From the NCBI RefSeq assembly GCF_036365525.1, contig NC_090412.1, positions 25,376,459 through 25,440,458 of the forward strand: a stretch of DNA of 64,000 nt, read 5' to 3'. Below the pieces are notes generated by a model. That model searched no databases. It saw only the letters and a list, made by a program, of their open reading frames with translations, and was not told where the DNA came from. The position numbers and the translations under genes were made by a program. Of the stretch, positions 24,026-37,800 are shown one piece after another (the stretch's first letter is position 1; each line of letters begins with the position of its first letter). This stretch comes from Heterodontus francisci (lineage: Eukaryota).

Positions 24026-26015
24026 GAAAGACTTGCATTTACCTAGCACCTTTCATGACCTCAGGATATCCCAAAGTGCTACACAGACAAGTAAGTACTC
24101 TCTGAAGTGTAGTCACTGTTATAATGAAGGAAATACAACAGCCAGTTTGTGCCCATCAAGCCCCCACAAACAGCAATGAGATAAATGACCAGTTAATCTG
24201 TTTTAGATTAATGGATATGTATTGGCTAGGACACCAGGGAGAACACCCCTACTCTTCTTCGAAATAGTCTTCTTCTTAGGCAGTCCCTCAGGGTCGAGGA
24301 GGACTTGCTTCCACCCTGGCTTGATGGTTTCTGAGATGGCTGATGAGTCCAATGCATGATCTGCAGACTTTGCCGCATGAAGGATAGATGGTGCTTGAAG
24401 GGTCAGGTAAATGAGTAGTTTGGAGGTTTGTGCGCTCCCTCCCATGCCTCGACTTCGCCTCCGCATGTTCCCGATGAAGGTTGTTGAGGTGTACAATGCC
24501 TTCCCAAGTGAACTTTCTCCATCTAGGACAGTCACGAGCCAGGGACTCCTATGGAGATGTCTGATCTGTTCAGAAATGCTTTGAGGACATCTCTAATGTG
24601 TTTCCTCTGTCCTCCTGGGAGTCTCCTGCCATGGCCAAGTTCTGAGGAGAACAGCTGCTTCAGGAGTCTGGTGTCAGGCATGCAAATGACATGTCCTGCC
24701 CAGTGGAGCTGGTTTTGGGTGATTAGCACCCTGATACTGGGCAAGTTGGCTTGGGAGAGGATGCTGCTGGTGGACCGCCTTCCTTGCTGTCTTCCATGAT
24801 CTTAGTCTTGGGTTTGAGATCCTGATTCTTAAATACTTTCTTCCTTTGTTGGCCGAAGGATGAGCTGGCACATTGGAGGTGATGATGAGCTTCATCATTT
24901 ATGCCTGCCTTTGCTGAGAGAAGGCTCCCAAGATATGGAAAATGGTCCACATTTTCCAGGATTTCACCAGTGATCTTGATTGATGGGGGGAGATGCTGTG
25001 CTGTGGGAGCTGGTTGGAGGAGGACCTTCATTTTCCGTGTGTTTAGTGAAAGACCCATTTTCACATATGCTTCGGAGAAGGAGTCAACACTGATCTGGAG
25101 TTCAGTTTCAGAGTGAGCGCATACGCAGGTGTCATCTGCATGCCGATATCCTCACATCCCTCATCTGGGATGAGGAGTGCTTGCTGGGGCACTTCAGGGA
25201 CACTGTGATCATGACTGTATTCAAGAAGGGGGATAAGGCCAATTGCAGCAACGACAAAGGAATCTCCCTACTGTCTGCCACAGAGAAGATCATTACAAGG
25301 ATCCTCCTCAATCACCTTCTCCCAGTGACTGAAGAGCTCCTTCCGGAGTCACAGGGCAGCTTTCACCTATCGAGAGGCACCACATACATCATCTTCACTG
25401 CATGGCCAATCCAAGAAACATGCAGGGGACAACGTCAACTGCTGTACGTGGCCTTTCTCGATCTCACTAACGCCTTTGATTCTGTCAACTACAAACGATT
25501 ATGGAGCATTCTGCTCAAATTTGGCTGCCCTCAGAAGTTTGTCACCATCCTCCGTCTACTCCACAATGACATGCAAGCCGAGATCCTCACCAACGGAACC
25601 ACCACAGACCCTCTCTCAGTCAAGACCAGGGACAGGCAAGGCTGTGTCATCACACCAACCCTCTGCTCCATTTTCTTCACTGCAGTGCTGCACCTCACCT
25701 CCAGCAAACTACCTGCAGGCATGGAGATAATCTACAGAACAGATGGGAAACTGTTCAACCTGCGCCATCTTCAATCCAAAACAAAAATTACTCCAATTTC
25801 AGTCGTCAAGCTTCAAAATAGTGCCCTGGGATCTTTTACATCTATATGAGTGGATGTACGGGCCTTGGTTTACTGTTGCATGCAAAAGATAACACTTCCA
25901 ACACTCCCTCGGTACTGTACAGGAGTGTCAGCCTAGATTTTGTGCTCAATCTATAGTGTGTGTCCTGAACAACTTTCTGACTCAGAGGTGTGAATGCTAT
26001 CACTTAGTCAGTGCT
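24026..26015 (-). mobile_element. Deu-domain SINE split by the RTE insertion (24026-24268, 25811-26015)
   Basis: Consensus ctcttcttcgaaatagt|gccctgggatctttta is continuous across the insertion. Confidence 0.75.
24269..25810. mobile_element. RTE LINE with inverted 5' segment (3' part on minus strand 24269-25140; 5' RT part on plus strand 25141-25810)
   Basis: Plus strand: FKKGDK..GISLLS..ESQ..AFLDLTNAFDSV..QGCVI..VVKLQ. Minus strand: ADD..MGLSLNTRK..FPYLGS..; (AAG)n tail; TSD CTTC(G/A)AAATAGT. Confidence 0.88.
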
Positions 26016-26149
26016 AAAACATCTAATTGCAAGGAGATTAAGTCCTGAGGTCTGACAAGAGGAGAGAGGGATGTCTGTGCGTCTGGGAGCACTAGAGAAG
26101 GTTAGGGGATCTAGTCACAGTAAACAGAAGTGGTGTACTGTTGTCTAGG

Positions 26150-26369
26150 TGTTAATTGTATATTAAATGTGTTTATTTGTAAGCAGGTGGTGGGCATTAA
26201 CTGGAAGTTCACTTGTGCTCCTATAAATAGGAACAGGTTGAAACTGTGGGGGCTAGGTTAGGAGGTGCATGTTTATAGTGTGTATCTCTGTAAATAAACA
26301 CTTGAAAGATTGTGTGTAAAGATAGGCTCCAGTTCTGTCCTTCACCACCTGGCTTTCTGGAATAGAACA
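26150..26369 (+). mobile_element. Putative solo LTR
   Basis: TGTT...AACA ends, TATA-like CTATAAATAG, AATAAA; imperfect 5-bp flanks CTAGG/CGAGG. Confidence 0.5.
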
Positions 26370-26554
26370 CGAGGAATACCAATGAAGGGTTCTTGGGGTT
26401 CAATAGCATGTTGTGGGGTGGTGGCCAAGCTCTGCTAGCATTGAGGAGAAGGCAGGTGAAGGATAATCTGGACCAACATATCCAAGTCCATTCCCAGCCA
26501 TTGGATGCTCCTATCCCTTTGTGCTCCATTTCATCTTCTACCTTTTGTAAATTC

Positions 26555-28430
26555 CGGGATAGGCTGAAACATGGTAAGCGACATGCATCAGATTGGACAT
26601 GGGTACCTAATATTCAGCAGCACTGGGGTGGGACAACCTTGACATTTAACAGCACTATGTATGGGGTGGGAAGCATGGGTTTTAGTAGCAATGAATGGTA
26701 CTGGCTTTAACTCTAATTCTACCTCATCAGGAAGAGGGAAATCCAACTCCTGCTCTCTGTTTGTGTGTCTCTATGATTCTGTTTCCTTCACATCTCTCAC
26801 ATTGTTTCCACAGTTATATTTCCCTTTGTAAAGAGATTGTTTCTTTGAGTGTAAGTTGTGACTCAGTGGTTGCACTCTCACCGCTAAATCAGAAGATGAT
26901 GGGTTCAAGTCTCACTCCAGAAAAATGACTATATAATACAGGCTGACACTTCAGTGCAGCACTGAGTGAGTGCTGTACTGTTGGATTTGCCATCTTTCAG
27001 AGGAGATGTTAAACTAGGGCCCTGATAGGTCGATGTAAAATAACCCATGACACTATTTGACAAAAAGCAGCAGAGTTCTCCCTGGTGGCCAGGCCAATAT
27101 TTATACCACAGCTAACATCATTAAAACAGAGCATTTGCTTATTATTTCATTGTTGTTTGCGAGTGCTTGTTGTGTGAAAGCTGGCTGCTGTGTTTCTGCA
27201 TTACAACAGTGTCTACATTTCAATGTACTTCACTGGCTGTAAAGCACTTCGGGACAAGGACATGAAGGTACAATATAGAAGCAAGTCTTTCTGGCCCTCT
27301 GTTAGTCTTTTTCTCACTCTTGCTCCTTCTCTCAGCCAACCATTGAAACATAGTTTCCCTATCATCAACCTTTTGAAGTTTATGTCCCAGTTTGTTCATA
27401 AGTCGTTAGGAAAAACAATCTCACAATTATTGTTGTGTATGTTTTTGACTTTGTAGATTATATTCAAGAACCATTCTAATGCATGCTGAGTGTTTTATCC
27501 AGAACGTATACGCTCACTGTGGGGAGCTGGAAATTACAGGCACAGAGGCTAACTGGAAATTGCAGTTACTAAGACTCTTGAGCTGACAGGTTGATATGTG
27601 TGGGATGACGGTTCAGTCAAATCAGTTTCTGGCAGGCTGAAACAAAACAGTTATAAAGTATCAAAGGTGTAAAAGAAATGTGATTGTGAAAAACATGATC
27701 TTTTATGGCTTGGTTAAGTCACGAACCTCACAATCAACATTGGACAGTTCAGAAACTGAGCTAAAAAATATACCATTCCCAGTGAGATACAGTTCTTATT
27801 TATTTTGTTGGTTCCTCTTGCATATTTGATACAGTGACAATATATGCAGGAGAGAGACTGTCGGTGAAACATTGTGTACTGGTATAAGTATTGGCCAGAA
27901 GACCAGGGTGAATTCTGTTGCTCTTTGTAAAATAGTGTCATGGGTTATTTTAATATCCATCTGATAGGGCCTCAGTTTAACATCTCCTCTGAATCATGGC
28001 AACTCCAACAGTCCAACACTCACTCAGTACTGCACTCAAATGTCAGCCTGTTTTACATACTCATTTTTCTGGAGTAAGACTTGACCCCACCATCTTCTGA
28101 CTTAGAAGTGAGAGTACGACCACTGAGTCACAACTTACACTGAAAGAAGACTTGTTTACAAAGGGAAAGATAAGGGAAACAGTGTGAGAAATGTGAAGGA
28201 AACAGAATCAAAGAAACACACAGAGAGTGGGAATTGGAATTCCCTCTTCTCGATGAGGTAGCATTGGAGGAAACCCAGGACTACCCATTGCTACTAAAGC
28301 CCGTGATTCCCACCCCATACACAGTGCTGTTAAATATCAGGGTTGTCCCACCCCAGTCTTGCTGAATATTAGGTACTCATGTCTAATCTGATGCATGTTG
28401 CTTACCATGCTTCAGCCTGTTTCCTATCCT
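26555..28430. repeat. ~550-bp diverged inverted duplication (26555-27108 vs 27880-28430) including a Deu-SINE 5' half
   Basis: aggctgaaacatggtaagc...tccctttgtaaa is the reverse complement of tttacaaaggga...gcttaccatgcttcagcct; the match continues through the adjacent SINE. Confidence 0.85.
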
Positions 28431-28877
28431 GTTCACACATCACTCTTAGTTGCTGAGATATAACGTCCCCCTTCACTTTCAATTAAAGTTCTCATCCTTC
28501 TGTTTAAATACCTTCAAGGCTCCTCCCTGCCTCTTTAACTTATTCCAGCCCTAACCACCCCCACCCCCCCCCCCCCCCCCCCCACCTCGCCTCCTACTCT
28601 CGCCATTCTACTGATTTTGGCCTTTTGCATTTTACAACCCCCACCCACTGCACTCCCCTGAATTCCATCCTCGGTCACTGTGCATTCAGTTGCCTGAACC
28701 CCTCAAATACACTGTCTCCCCATCTGCTTCTCCTCTTTTAAGACCCTTCTTAAAACCCACAACTTTGGCCCAGCTTCTAGTCAGCCTGTCGCCTTCTTTG
28801 GTTCAGTGTCCATTAAAGGTGCTATAGTAATGCAAGTTGTTGCTCTTGTTGTATTATATCCAGAAGAGTGTTATACA

Positions 28878-31800
28878 ATCATAGAATCATAGAAAGTTGA
28901 AGACACAGAAAGAGGCCACTTGGCCCAGCGTGTCTGTGCCGTCTGAAAAATGATCCACCTATTCTAATCCCACCTTCCAGCATTTGGTCCGTAGCCCTGC
29001 AGATTACCGCACTTGAGGTGCATATCCAGACTCCTTTTGAATGAGTTGAGGGTTTCTGCCTCAACTATTTGTTCAGGCAGTGAGTTCCAGACCCCCACCA
29101 CCCTCTGAGTGAAAAAGATTTCCTCATCTCCCTTCTAATTTTTCTACCAATCACTTTAAGTCTATGCCCCCTCATCACTGACCTCTGTGCTAAGGTAAAT
29201 AGACCCTTCACCTCCACTCTATCCAAGCCCCTTAAAATTTTGTACATTTCAATCAGATCTCCCCTCAGCCTTCTCTGTTCCATGGAGAACAAGCCCAGCC
29301 TATCCAATCTTTCCTCATAGCTGCATTTTTCCAGTCCTGGCAACGTCTTTGTAAATCTCATCTGTACCCTCTCTCATGCAGTTACATTCTTTCTGTAATG
29401 AGGTGATCAGAACTGCACACAATACTCAAGTTGTGGCTTAACCAATTAGTTATACAATTCCAGCATAACCTCCCTGCTCTTATATTCTATATCTTGGCTC
29501 ATAAAAGAAAGGATTCCATATGCCTTCTTAACCAACTTATCAACCTGTCCTCCTATTTTCAGGGATCTGTGGACATTTACTCCAAGGTCCCTCACTTCCT
29601 CTACACTTCTCATTATTTTCCCATTAGTCGTCTATTCCTTTGCCTTGTTTGACCTCCCTAAATGCATCACCTCACACTTCTCCAGGTGGAATTCCATTTG
29701 CCACTTTTCTGCCCATCTAACCAGACTATCAATATTTTCCTGCAGCCTACAGCTATCCTCCTCACTATCTACCACACGGCCAATCTTTGTGTCGTCTGCA
29801 AACTTCTTGATCATGCCCCTACATTTATGTCCAAATCGTTAATATACACCACAAAAAGCAGGGGACCCAGTACTGAGCCCTGCAGGAAGCCACTGAAAAC
29901 AGCCCTCCAGTCGCTAAAACACCTGTCAACCCTTTGTTTCCTGCCACTGAGCCAATTTTGTATCCACCTTGCTGCATTTCCCAGTATTTTTGTAACCAGT
30001 CTGCCATGTGCGATCTTATCAAAAGCCTTGCTAAAATCCATGTTGACCACATCAACTGCACTACCCTCATCTATCTTCCTTGTTACTTCTTCAAAAGATT
30101 TAATCAAGTTGGTCAAACAAGATCTTCCCTTAACAAATCCATGCTGACTATCCTTGATTAACCTGTGCCTTTCTAAGTGACAGTTTATTCTGTCTCTCAG
30201 AATAGATTCCAATAATTTCCCCACTACTGAGGTTAGACTGACTGTACTGTAATTATTTGGTCTATCCCTTGCTCCTTTTTAACAGAGGTACAATGTTAGC
30301 AGTTCTCCAATCCTCCAGCGCAACACCTGTGAGGACTGGAAAATGATGGTCAGACACTCTGTTATTTCCTCTCTTGCTTCTTTTAACAGCCTAGGATACA
30401 TTTCATCTGGCCCTGGTGATTTATTAACTTTCAAGGATGCTAATCCCATTAATACTTCCTCTCTCCCTATGTTTATCACATCCAATACTTCACACTCATC
30501 CTCGTTTACTACAATATCTGCATCGTCCCCCTCTTTTGTGAAGACAGACACAAAGTATTCATTAAGAACCATACCAACATCTTCCGCCCCTACACATAGG
30601 TTACCTTTATGGTCTTTTATGTGCCCTACTCTCTCCTTAGTTATCCTCTTACTCTTATTGTATTGATAAAACATCTTTGGGTTCACCTTGATTTTGCTGG
30701 CCAATATTCTTTCATGCCCTCTCTTTCCTTTCCTAATTTCCTTTTTGATTTTACTCCTCCACTTTCTATAATCCTCTTGGTTTTCTGTAGTATTGAGTTC
30801 ACAGTGTTGGACATAAGCTTTACTTTTCTGCCTCATCTTACCCTGTAAGCTCCTTGACATCCATGGGGCTTAGGATTGGCCGTCGCACCCTTTTTCTTTG
30901 TGGGAACATATTTACTCTGAACTTCTTGAATCTCCCCTTTGAATGCCTCCCACTGCTCTGACACTGATTTACCTTCAAGTAGCTGTTTCCAGTCCACTTT
31001 CGCTAAATCGCTCCTTAGTTTAGTAAAATTGGCCTTGCCCCAATTGAGAACTCTAACTCCTGTTCTGTCTCTGTCCTTTTCCATAATTATGTTAAAACTG
31101 ACTGAATTATAATCACTGCCACCAAAATGCTGTCCCACTGCCACTCCTTTCACCTGCCCATCTTCTTGCACTTGTCAGAGATTTGCCCACATATCTGCTT
31201 TTCTATCTCCCTCTGACTCTTTGGGGGTCTATAGTACACTCCCAGAGGTGTGATTACCCCTTTTCTGGTCCTTAGCTCAATCCATATGGCCTCATTTGAT
31301 GAACCTTCCAACATATCATCCCTCCTCACAGCTGTAATAATTTCCTTGACCAAAATTGCAGCTCTCCCTCCTTTCTTATCCCCCTCCCTATCGCATCTGA
31401 AAACCCTGTAACCAGGAACGTTGAGCTGCCATTCCTGTCCCTCCTTAAGCCATGTTTCTGTAATAACTATGATATCATACTGCCACGTGTCTATCTGTGC
31501 CCTCAGCTCATCTGCTTTATTTACTGTACTCCTTGCATTGAAATAGATACCCTTGAGCACTGCCAAACTCTTTTTTATTTTCTAACCCTCGTTTTCTCTG
31601 TCTTCCAGACTCACCCATTAATTTTCTGCCTTCCATTTTCATTTCTGATTTTGTCCCAGCTGAGTCTACCCTCAGGTCCCCATCCCCCTGCCAAACTAAT
31701 TTAAACCCTCTCCAACAGCACCAGCAAAACATCCCACAAGGAACTCAGTCCCGGTTCTGTTCAGGTGCAACCTGTCCGGCCTGTACCAGTCCCATCTCCC

Positions 31801-32095
31801 TCAGAGCCGGCCCCAATGTCCCAGGAATCTCCTGAACCATCTTTCCAGCCACGCATTCATCTGTCTTATCCTTCTATTTCTATACTCACTTGCGCATGGC
31901 ACTGGCAGTAATCCAGAGACTACTACTTTTGAGGTCCTGCTTGCTAATTTCTTACCTAGCACCCTAAATTATGACTGCAGGACCACATCCCTCTTTCTAC
32001 CAACGTCGTTGATTCCAATGTGGACCACGACTGCTGGTTATTCACCCTCCCCCTTCAGGATGCTCTGCAGCCGCTCAGTGACATCCTTGACCCTG
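28878..32095 (-). mobile_element. Long CR1 LINE: ORF1 SGNH-esterase 3' part, ORF2 APE endonuclease and RT, degenerate
   Basis: VVVHIGINDVG...LHLNRTG (esterase); YFNARS...IIVITETWL...GVYYRPP (EN); KSPGPD, DFSKAFDK, QGSVLGP, KFADDTK; (ATTCTATG)n tail. Confidence 0.92.
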
Positions 32096-33184
32096 TATTA
32101 AAATATTGAAAGGAGAATCCTGTGTGGTCTGACAACTATTGCTCACCACATAACTGATTTATCCTCCCCATAGAGGGGAGTTTGCTTTGGGAATTTATAT
32201 AATGTGCCCTGTAGTGTAAAGACACCCTCAGGATAAGGCACAGGAAGTGCTTTGTGTGTACTATCGAAGCATATTGCTTTCAGGGTGATTTTCTCTGTCA
32301 TGTATGGGCACCAGTGGATATATAGGTCTGACGGCTACACTGCACAAGCTGTTCGGGACCTAGTTTACAAGGGTAGGAATTATCTTCAGTCAGATAACTG
32401 GCGATTTATTGCCTGAAACAAATGCCTGCTTATGGTGATGGCTGTAAATGGACCCTGGGCAGTCACACACACTCACCAGTGAAGAGTCTCTTTAATATTT
32501 GAAAGCTATTTCCCTCCACTTGGCCAGTCAATGAGTAGGTAAACACTCAAAGCCTTCAAGCAATAGAATGGCACTGTCTCCTATGGGAGGTCAAGACCTC
32601 TCGGGTGTCAAACCTGTAGCGATGTGACTTGCCTCATAAGTCGATTGTTTGATCTAATATAGACCCTGGCGCTGCTTATCGGAATGTTAATACTGACTGA
32701 TGTCAAACAGTACAGATTCAAGTGTGGCAGCAATCAATAAAACACTGCCTGAGATCATTCAGTACAGTTCATTCACATCATCATCATCTCACCGCAGTTA
32801 GACCTAGTATAGGATCAACGACCCTGACCACTTAGCACACCGCTGTGTTCAGTCTGGCTCCACTGTGAGACACTTATCTGGAGTGGGCACTCAGTGGAAA
32901 GCAAATACAAAGGGATCTATTTGGGCAAATGCCTTGCTACTCAGTCAGGACATATTATAGAACATTTAGAGAGGCGAGACTTGGAATTAGTGTTTGTCGT
33001 ACTTGCAAACAGATACTAATGCACTTGTATTAGATTCCTTCACATCACAGGCTAATAAAGGAATGTTGCCCAAACACAATAAACCAATATTGCAAACAAG
33101 TAATTCAAGACTTTGGGATATATTTTTCAGTGATTGAAATTTTTTTGTCGCATTTTCACACTCTCCTGTCGTGATGTTAGTCGT

Positions 33185-33610
33185 AACACTCTTGTCTCGG
33201 AGGCAGACGATTGTGGGATGAAGTCGCATTTGAGAGACTTAAGAACAAAATCCAGGTTGAGACTCCAGTGCATTACGGAAGAGATGCTGAACGGTCAGGC
33301 ATACAGTCTTTCGGATGAGATATTAAACCAAGGCCTCATCTGCCCTCTCAGGTGAACTTAAAAGATCCCATGGCACTATTCTGAGGAAGAGCAGGGGAGT
33401 TATTCCCAGTGTCCTCGTCAATATTTATCCCTCAATCTACATCTCTAAAACAGATTATCTGGTCATTATCACATTGCTGTTTGTGGGACCTTGCTGTGCA
33501 CAAATTGGTTGCTGCATTTCCTATACTAAAAAGAGTGGCTACACTTCAGAAGTAAATCATTGGCCGTAAAGAACTTTGCGGTCATGAAATGCGCAATATA
33601 AATGCACATT
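33185..33610 (+). mobile_element. Deu-domain SINE, near full length
   Basis: Matches the shared consensus, including gaagagcaggggagtt...tttatccctcaa...cagattatctggtcattatcacattgctgtttgtgggacc. Confidence 0.8.
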
Positions 33611-34289
33611 TTTCTTTATAGCACCTTTTAACGTAGTAAAACATCCCAAGGCGCTTCACAGGAGCGTTATCAAAAATTGATACTGAGCCAAAGGAGACAT
33701 TCAGACAGGTGATCACACATGGCTGTGATGCCCCCAATGGCCAAATGGCCACTTGCTCAAAGTACTGGAGAGCTGCCGGCAACCGGTGAGCTGTTTCCTT
33801 GGAAGCGTCAGAGAGGTGAGGATATTGCACGAAGATAAAGAATTAGGAAAATAAAGTGAGTCATGAGCTGCACACCGGAAGGTTTGACAGAAATCTTATT
33901 TCATTGCTGAGGCAGAGCTGAATTACCTGTGAGTGGACACCTGGGAGCTGTGTGGTCACCTGGATGTGTCAGATAATAGTGCAGCTTTCTTTGTTTACTC
34001 TTAGCGCCTCCTGTGAATCAGCTTGGGTTGTGTCTCTCAGGTTACCGATTAAGTCATCTTTGAATACATTTGTGCAACAAATTCTCTGCAGATCGATTCT
34101 TGTTTAGTTCAGTATTCTCACAAAGATTTCTTACTTACATGGTGCAAACATGGGAGAGATCAAGCTCTGCTGCTGCAGGCACAACTCCCCTTCTGCTCAA
34201 CAGTCTTGACATCGCCAAGTGTGGGAGCAATCGGAAAATAAAGCTGAACCCTGTCAACACCAGGTATAAATAGATATTGCAGGAGGAAG

Positions 34290-34641
34290 ATTAGATTAGA
34301 TTAGATTAGATTAGAGATACAGCACTGAAACAGGCCCTTCGGCCCACCGAGTCTGTGCCGAACATCAACCACCCATTTATACTAATCCTACACTAATCCC
34401 ATATTCCTACCAAACATCCCCACCTGTCCCTATATTTCCCTACCACCTACCCATACTAGTGACAATTTATAATGGCCAATTTACCTATCAACCTGCAAGT
34501 CTTTTGGCTTGTGGGAGGAAACCGGAGCACCCGGAGAAAACCCACGCAGACACAGGGAGAACTTGCAAACTCCACACAGGCAGTACCCGGAATCGAACCC
34601 GGGTCCCTGGAGCTGTGAGGCTGCGGTGCTAACCACTGCGC
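34290..34641 (-). mobile_element. HE1/V-SINE, young
   Basis: (ATTAG)5 tail, V-domain, B-box; near-identical to 10485-10842. Confidence 0.9.
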
Positions 34642-34928
34642 CTGTGATAAACAGCCAGCCCCAAAAGCTGCCAGTTTCAGTCGTCACCTGCTTTCAACTG
34701 ACGGGCAGAGAGCTGTATGAACAGGAATCGTTGTAACTTATTTCTCCTAACACAATAAGTATAATCACTGAGCACAGATCTGCTGTGCTCTCAGTGTCTC
34801 GGGTAACATCGAGTTCAATTGTAATTAGAGTCTTGCTCATTTAGAATATAAGGACTTCCCTTTATATAGCACCTTTCATGTCCTGAGGACACCCCAGAAC
34901 ACTTTAAATCCAATGAAGTATTTTTGTA

Positions 34929-35039
34929 ATAAAAACAGACATTTCTGGAAATACTCTGCAGGTCTGGCAGCATCGGTGGAGAGAGAAACAGTGATGAAAG
35001 GCGATTGATCTGAAATGTTAGCTCTATTTCTCTGTCCTC
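34929..35039. mobile_element. Short Penelope-derived fragment with inverted piece and decayed hammerhead core
   Basis: Antisense PLE tail followed by TGATGA...GAAATGTTAGCT; TSD AAGTAT(T/C)TTTGTA (34916-34928, 35040-35052). Confidence 0.65.
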
Positions 35040-36209
35040 AAGTATCTTTGTAGTTCCTGTTGTAATGTGGGGAACACAACAGCCGATTTGCACGCAGAGT
35101 GACCACCAGCCATTATGAATGGTGGCTCAGTGAGGAGCACTCTTGTTCCTGGGTCAGGAGATTCTAAGTTTAAATCCTGCTCCAGAGACTGTAATCTAGG
35201 CTGATACTTCAATGGAGTACTGAAGGACTGCTGCACAGCAAGGTCCCACAAACACCAGTGAGATAATTGCTTTTAGCTATAAATATTAGGCAGAACACCG
35301 GGGCAAACTCCTCTCTACTTCTTCGCATAGTACCATGGAATCTTTTATATCCACCTGGGCAGGCAGACAGGGTTAACTTGGCCTGCAAAGGGCAGCACCT
35401 CCACCAGTGCAGCACTCCCTCAATTGCTATGCTGGAGTGTCAGCCTAGATTACATCTCAAGTCTCTGCAGTGAGTCTTGGACACACACACCCCACTGAGT
35501 CACAACTGACACTGGCACCAATCGTCCTCATCCTTGTCTGTGAAGGAATCAGTGAGATTTTGTGTGGCTGTGGAGGGAGAGGGTAAGCAGATGGGAGATT
35601 TATTGGAATGAAATGGAGATTCTAGTATTCCACCCTTCTTAACCTCAGCAGGATTCTGATACAAACTGACAAGTGAAAATAGCTGTGCTGGAAAGGAGTA
35701 GCACAGCCTGTTTTCTGAAGGAATCAGCAACCGAGAGCTGGGAAAGCCCCAGCTGAAGGGCTTGCAGTCCTTGTAGGCCTGTACAAACTGCACTGCGACA
35801 CTCAGTAATCCCTTGACCCTGTGGCTTAATTCAAATATCTTTTTCAGCGCTGTGACATACACGGCAGGAAGGCTGCACATTCACGAGCTGGTCAGTGCAA
35901 ACCTGATCTCAGGGGCTAGGGTTGGAATAATAAATTGACCTTCTCCCACCCTCCCCAAGGAAGGGCTCCAGCTTTTGATTGGTATCTACTGACCCCTGCT
36001 GGATGCTGCCTGTGTGTGGGATGGTAGATGGGAACAGAATGGGGTACGGATGCCAAGAGCGATGCGACCTATGCTGCAAGGCACTGGACGGAAGATGCTA
36101 ACAAATGAAAATGTTGTCAAGCCCTTTCTTATAAGATGGAACCCTTTATAACTTTGTTTCAGTTGAAAAGGCCCCGAAGAGAGATATATAGTCAGTAATA
36201 GTAAACGAC

Positions 36210-36825
36210 ATAGGAGCAGGAGTAGGCCATTCAGCCCTTCGAGCCTGCTCTGTCATTCTAGGCCATGGCTGATCGTCTCAATGCCATCTTCCCGCGCTAT
36301 CCCCATATCCCTTGATGCCATTTTACAACTAGAAATATATCAATCGCTGTCTTGAATTTACAGTGACTGAGCTTCCACCACCCTCGGGGCAGAGAATTCC
36401 AAAGATTCACCACCTTCTGAGTGAAGAAGTTCCTCCTCATCTCAGTCCTAAATGGCTTGCCCTTTATTCTGAGATTGTGTCCCCTAGTTCTAGACCCCAC
36501 AGCCAGGGGAAACATCCTTTCTGCATCTACCTTGTCTATCCCTTTAAGAATTTTGTAAGTTTTCATGAGACCGCCTCTCATTCTTCTGAACTCCAAATCT
36601 CTCCTCATAGGATAATCCCTCCATCCCAGGAATCAGTCTGGTGAACCTCCGCTACACTCCCTCTATGGCAAGTATATCCTTCCTCAGGCAAGGGGATCTG
36701 AACTGCATACAATATTCCAGGTGCAGCCTCACCAATGCAGTATACAATTGCAGCAAGGCTTCTTTGCTCCTGTACTCAAATCCTCATGCAATAAAGGCTA
36801 ACATAGTTTGCCTTCCTATTTGCTT
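36210..36825 (-). mobile_element. CR1 3' fragment
   Basis: Minus-strand KTYKILKG...RTRGHNL...RRNFFTQ; CR1 tail. Confidence 0.85.
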
Positions 36826-37094
36826 GCTTTCAAGAAAGAATGACTTGCATTTATATAGCGTCGTTCATGACCTCAGGACATTCCGAAACACTTTACAGCC
36901 AATTCAGTAATTTTGAAGTGTAGTCACTGTTGTAAAGTAGGAAACACAGCAAGGTCCCACAAACAGCAATGTGATAAATGGTCAGGTAATCTGTTTTAGG
37001 GATGAATATTGAGAAGGATACCAAGGAGAATCGCCTGCTCTTCTTCAAATATTGCCATGGTATCTTTTACATCCACCTGAGAGGGCAGACAAAT

Positions 37095-37800
37095 AGAACC
37101 ATAGAACCACAGAAAAATTACGGCACAGAAGGAGGACATTCAGCCCGTCGTGTCCGTGCTGGCCGATTAAAAAAAAACTAGCCGCCCAATCTAATGCCAC
37201 CTTCCAGCACCTGGTTCATAGCCTTGCCGGCACTTCAGGTGCAGGTCCAGGTACCTTTTAAAAGAATTGAGGGTTTCTGCCTCTACCACCATTCCTGGCA
37301 GTGAATTCCAGACACCTACCACCCTCTGGGTGAGAAAGATTTACTCATGTCTCCTCTAATCCTTCTACCAATCACTTTAAATCTGTGCCCCCGGTAATTG
37401 ACCTCTCTGCTAGGGGAAACAGGTCCTTCCTGTCTATCTCGGCCCCTCATAATTTTGTACACCTCAATTAAGTCACCCCTCAGCCTCCTCCGTTCTAAGG
37501 AAAACAACCCTAGCCGATCCAATCTTTCTTCATGGCTGCAATTTTCAAGCCCTGGCAACATTCTTGTAAATCTCCTCTGTACTCTCTCCAGAGCAATTAT
37601 GTCCTTTCTGTAATGTGGTGACCAGAACTGCACGCAATACTCCAGCTGTGGCCTAACCAGCATTTTATACATTTCCAGCATTTATACATTTCCTGCTTTT
37701 GTTTTCTATACCTCGGCCAATAAAGGAAAGCATTCCATATGCCTTCTTTACCACTCTATCTACCTGTCCTGCCACCTTCAGGGACCTGTGGACATGCACT
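37095..37800 (-). mobile_element. CR1 3' fragment
   Basis: LEYCVQFWSPHYRKDI...RRLRGDLIEVYKIM. Confidence 0.88.

Noticed and set aside
28555-28590. Poly-C/G-quadruplex tract
   Set aside because: Simple homopolymer expansion inside a decayed L2; no evidence of function.
33780-33820. Candidate Pax octapeptide exon end (GGAAGCGTCAGAGAG|GTGAG)
   Set aside because: No upstream YSI.G.LG motif in frame.
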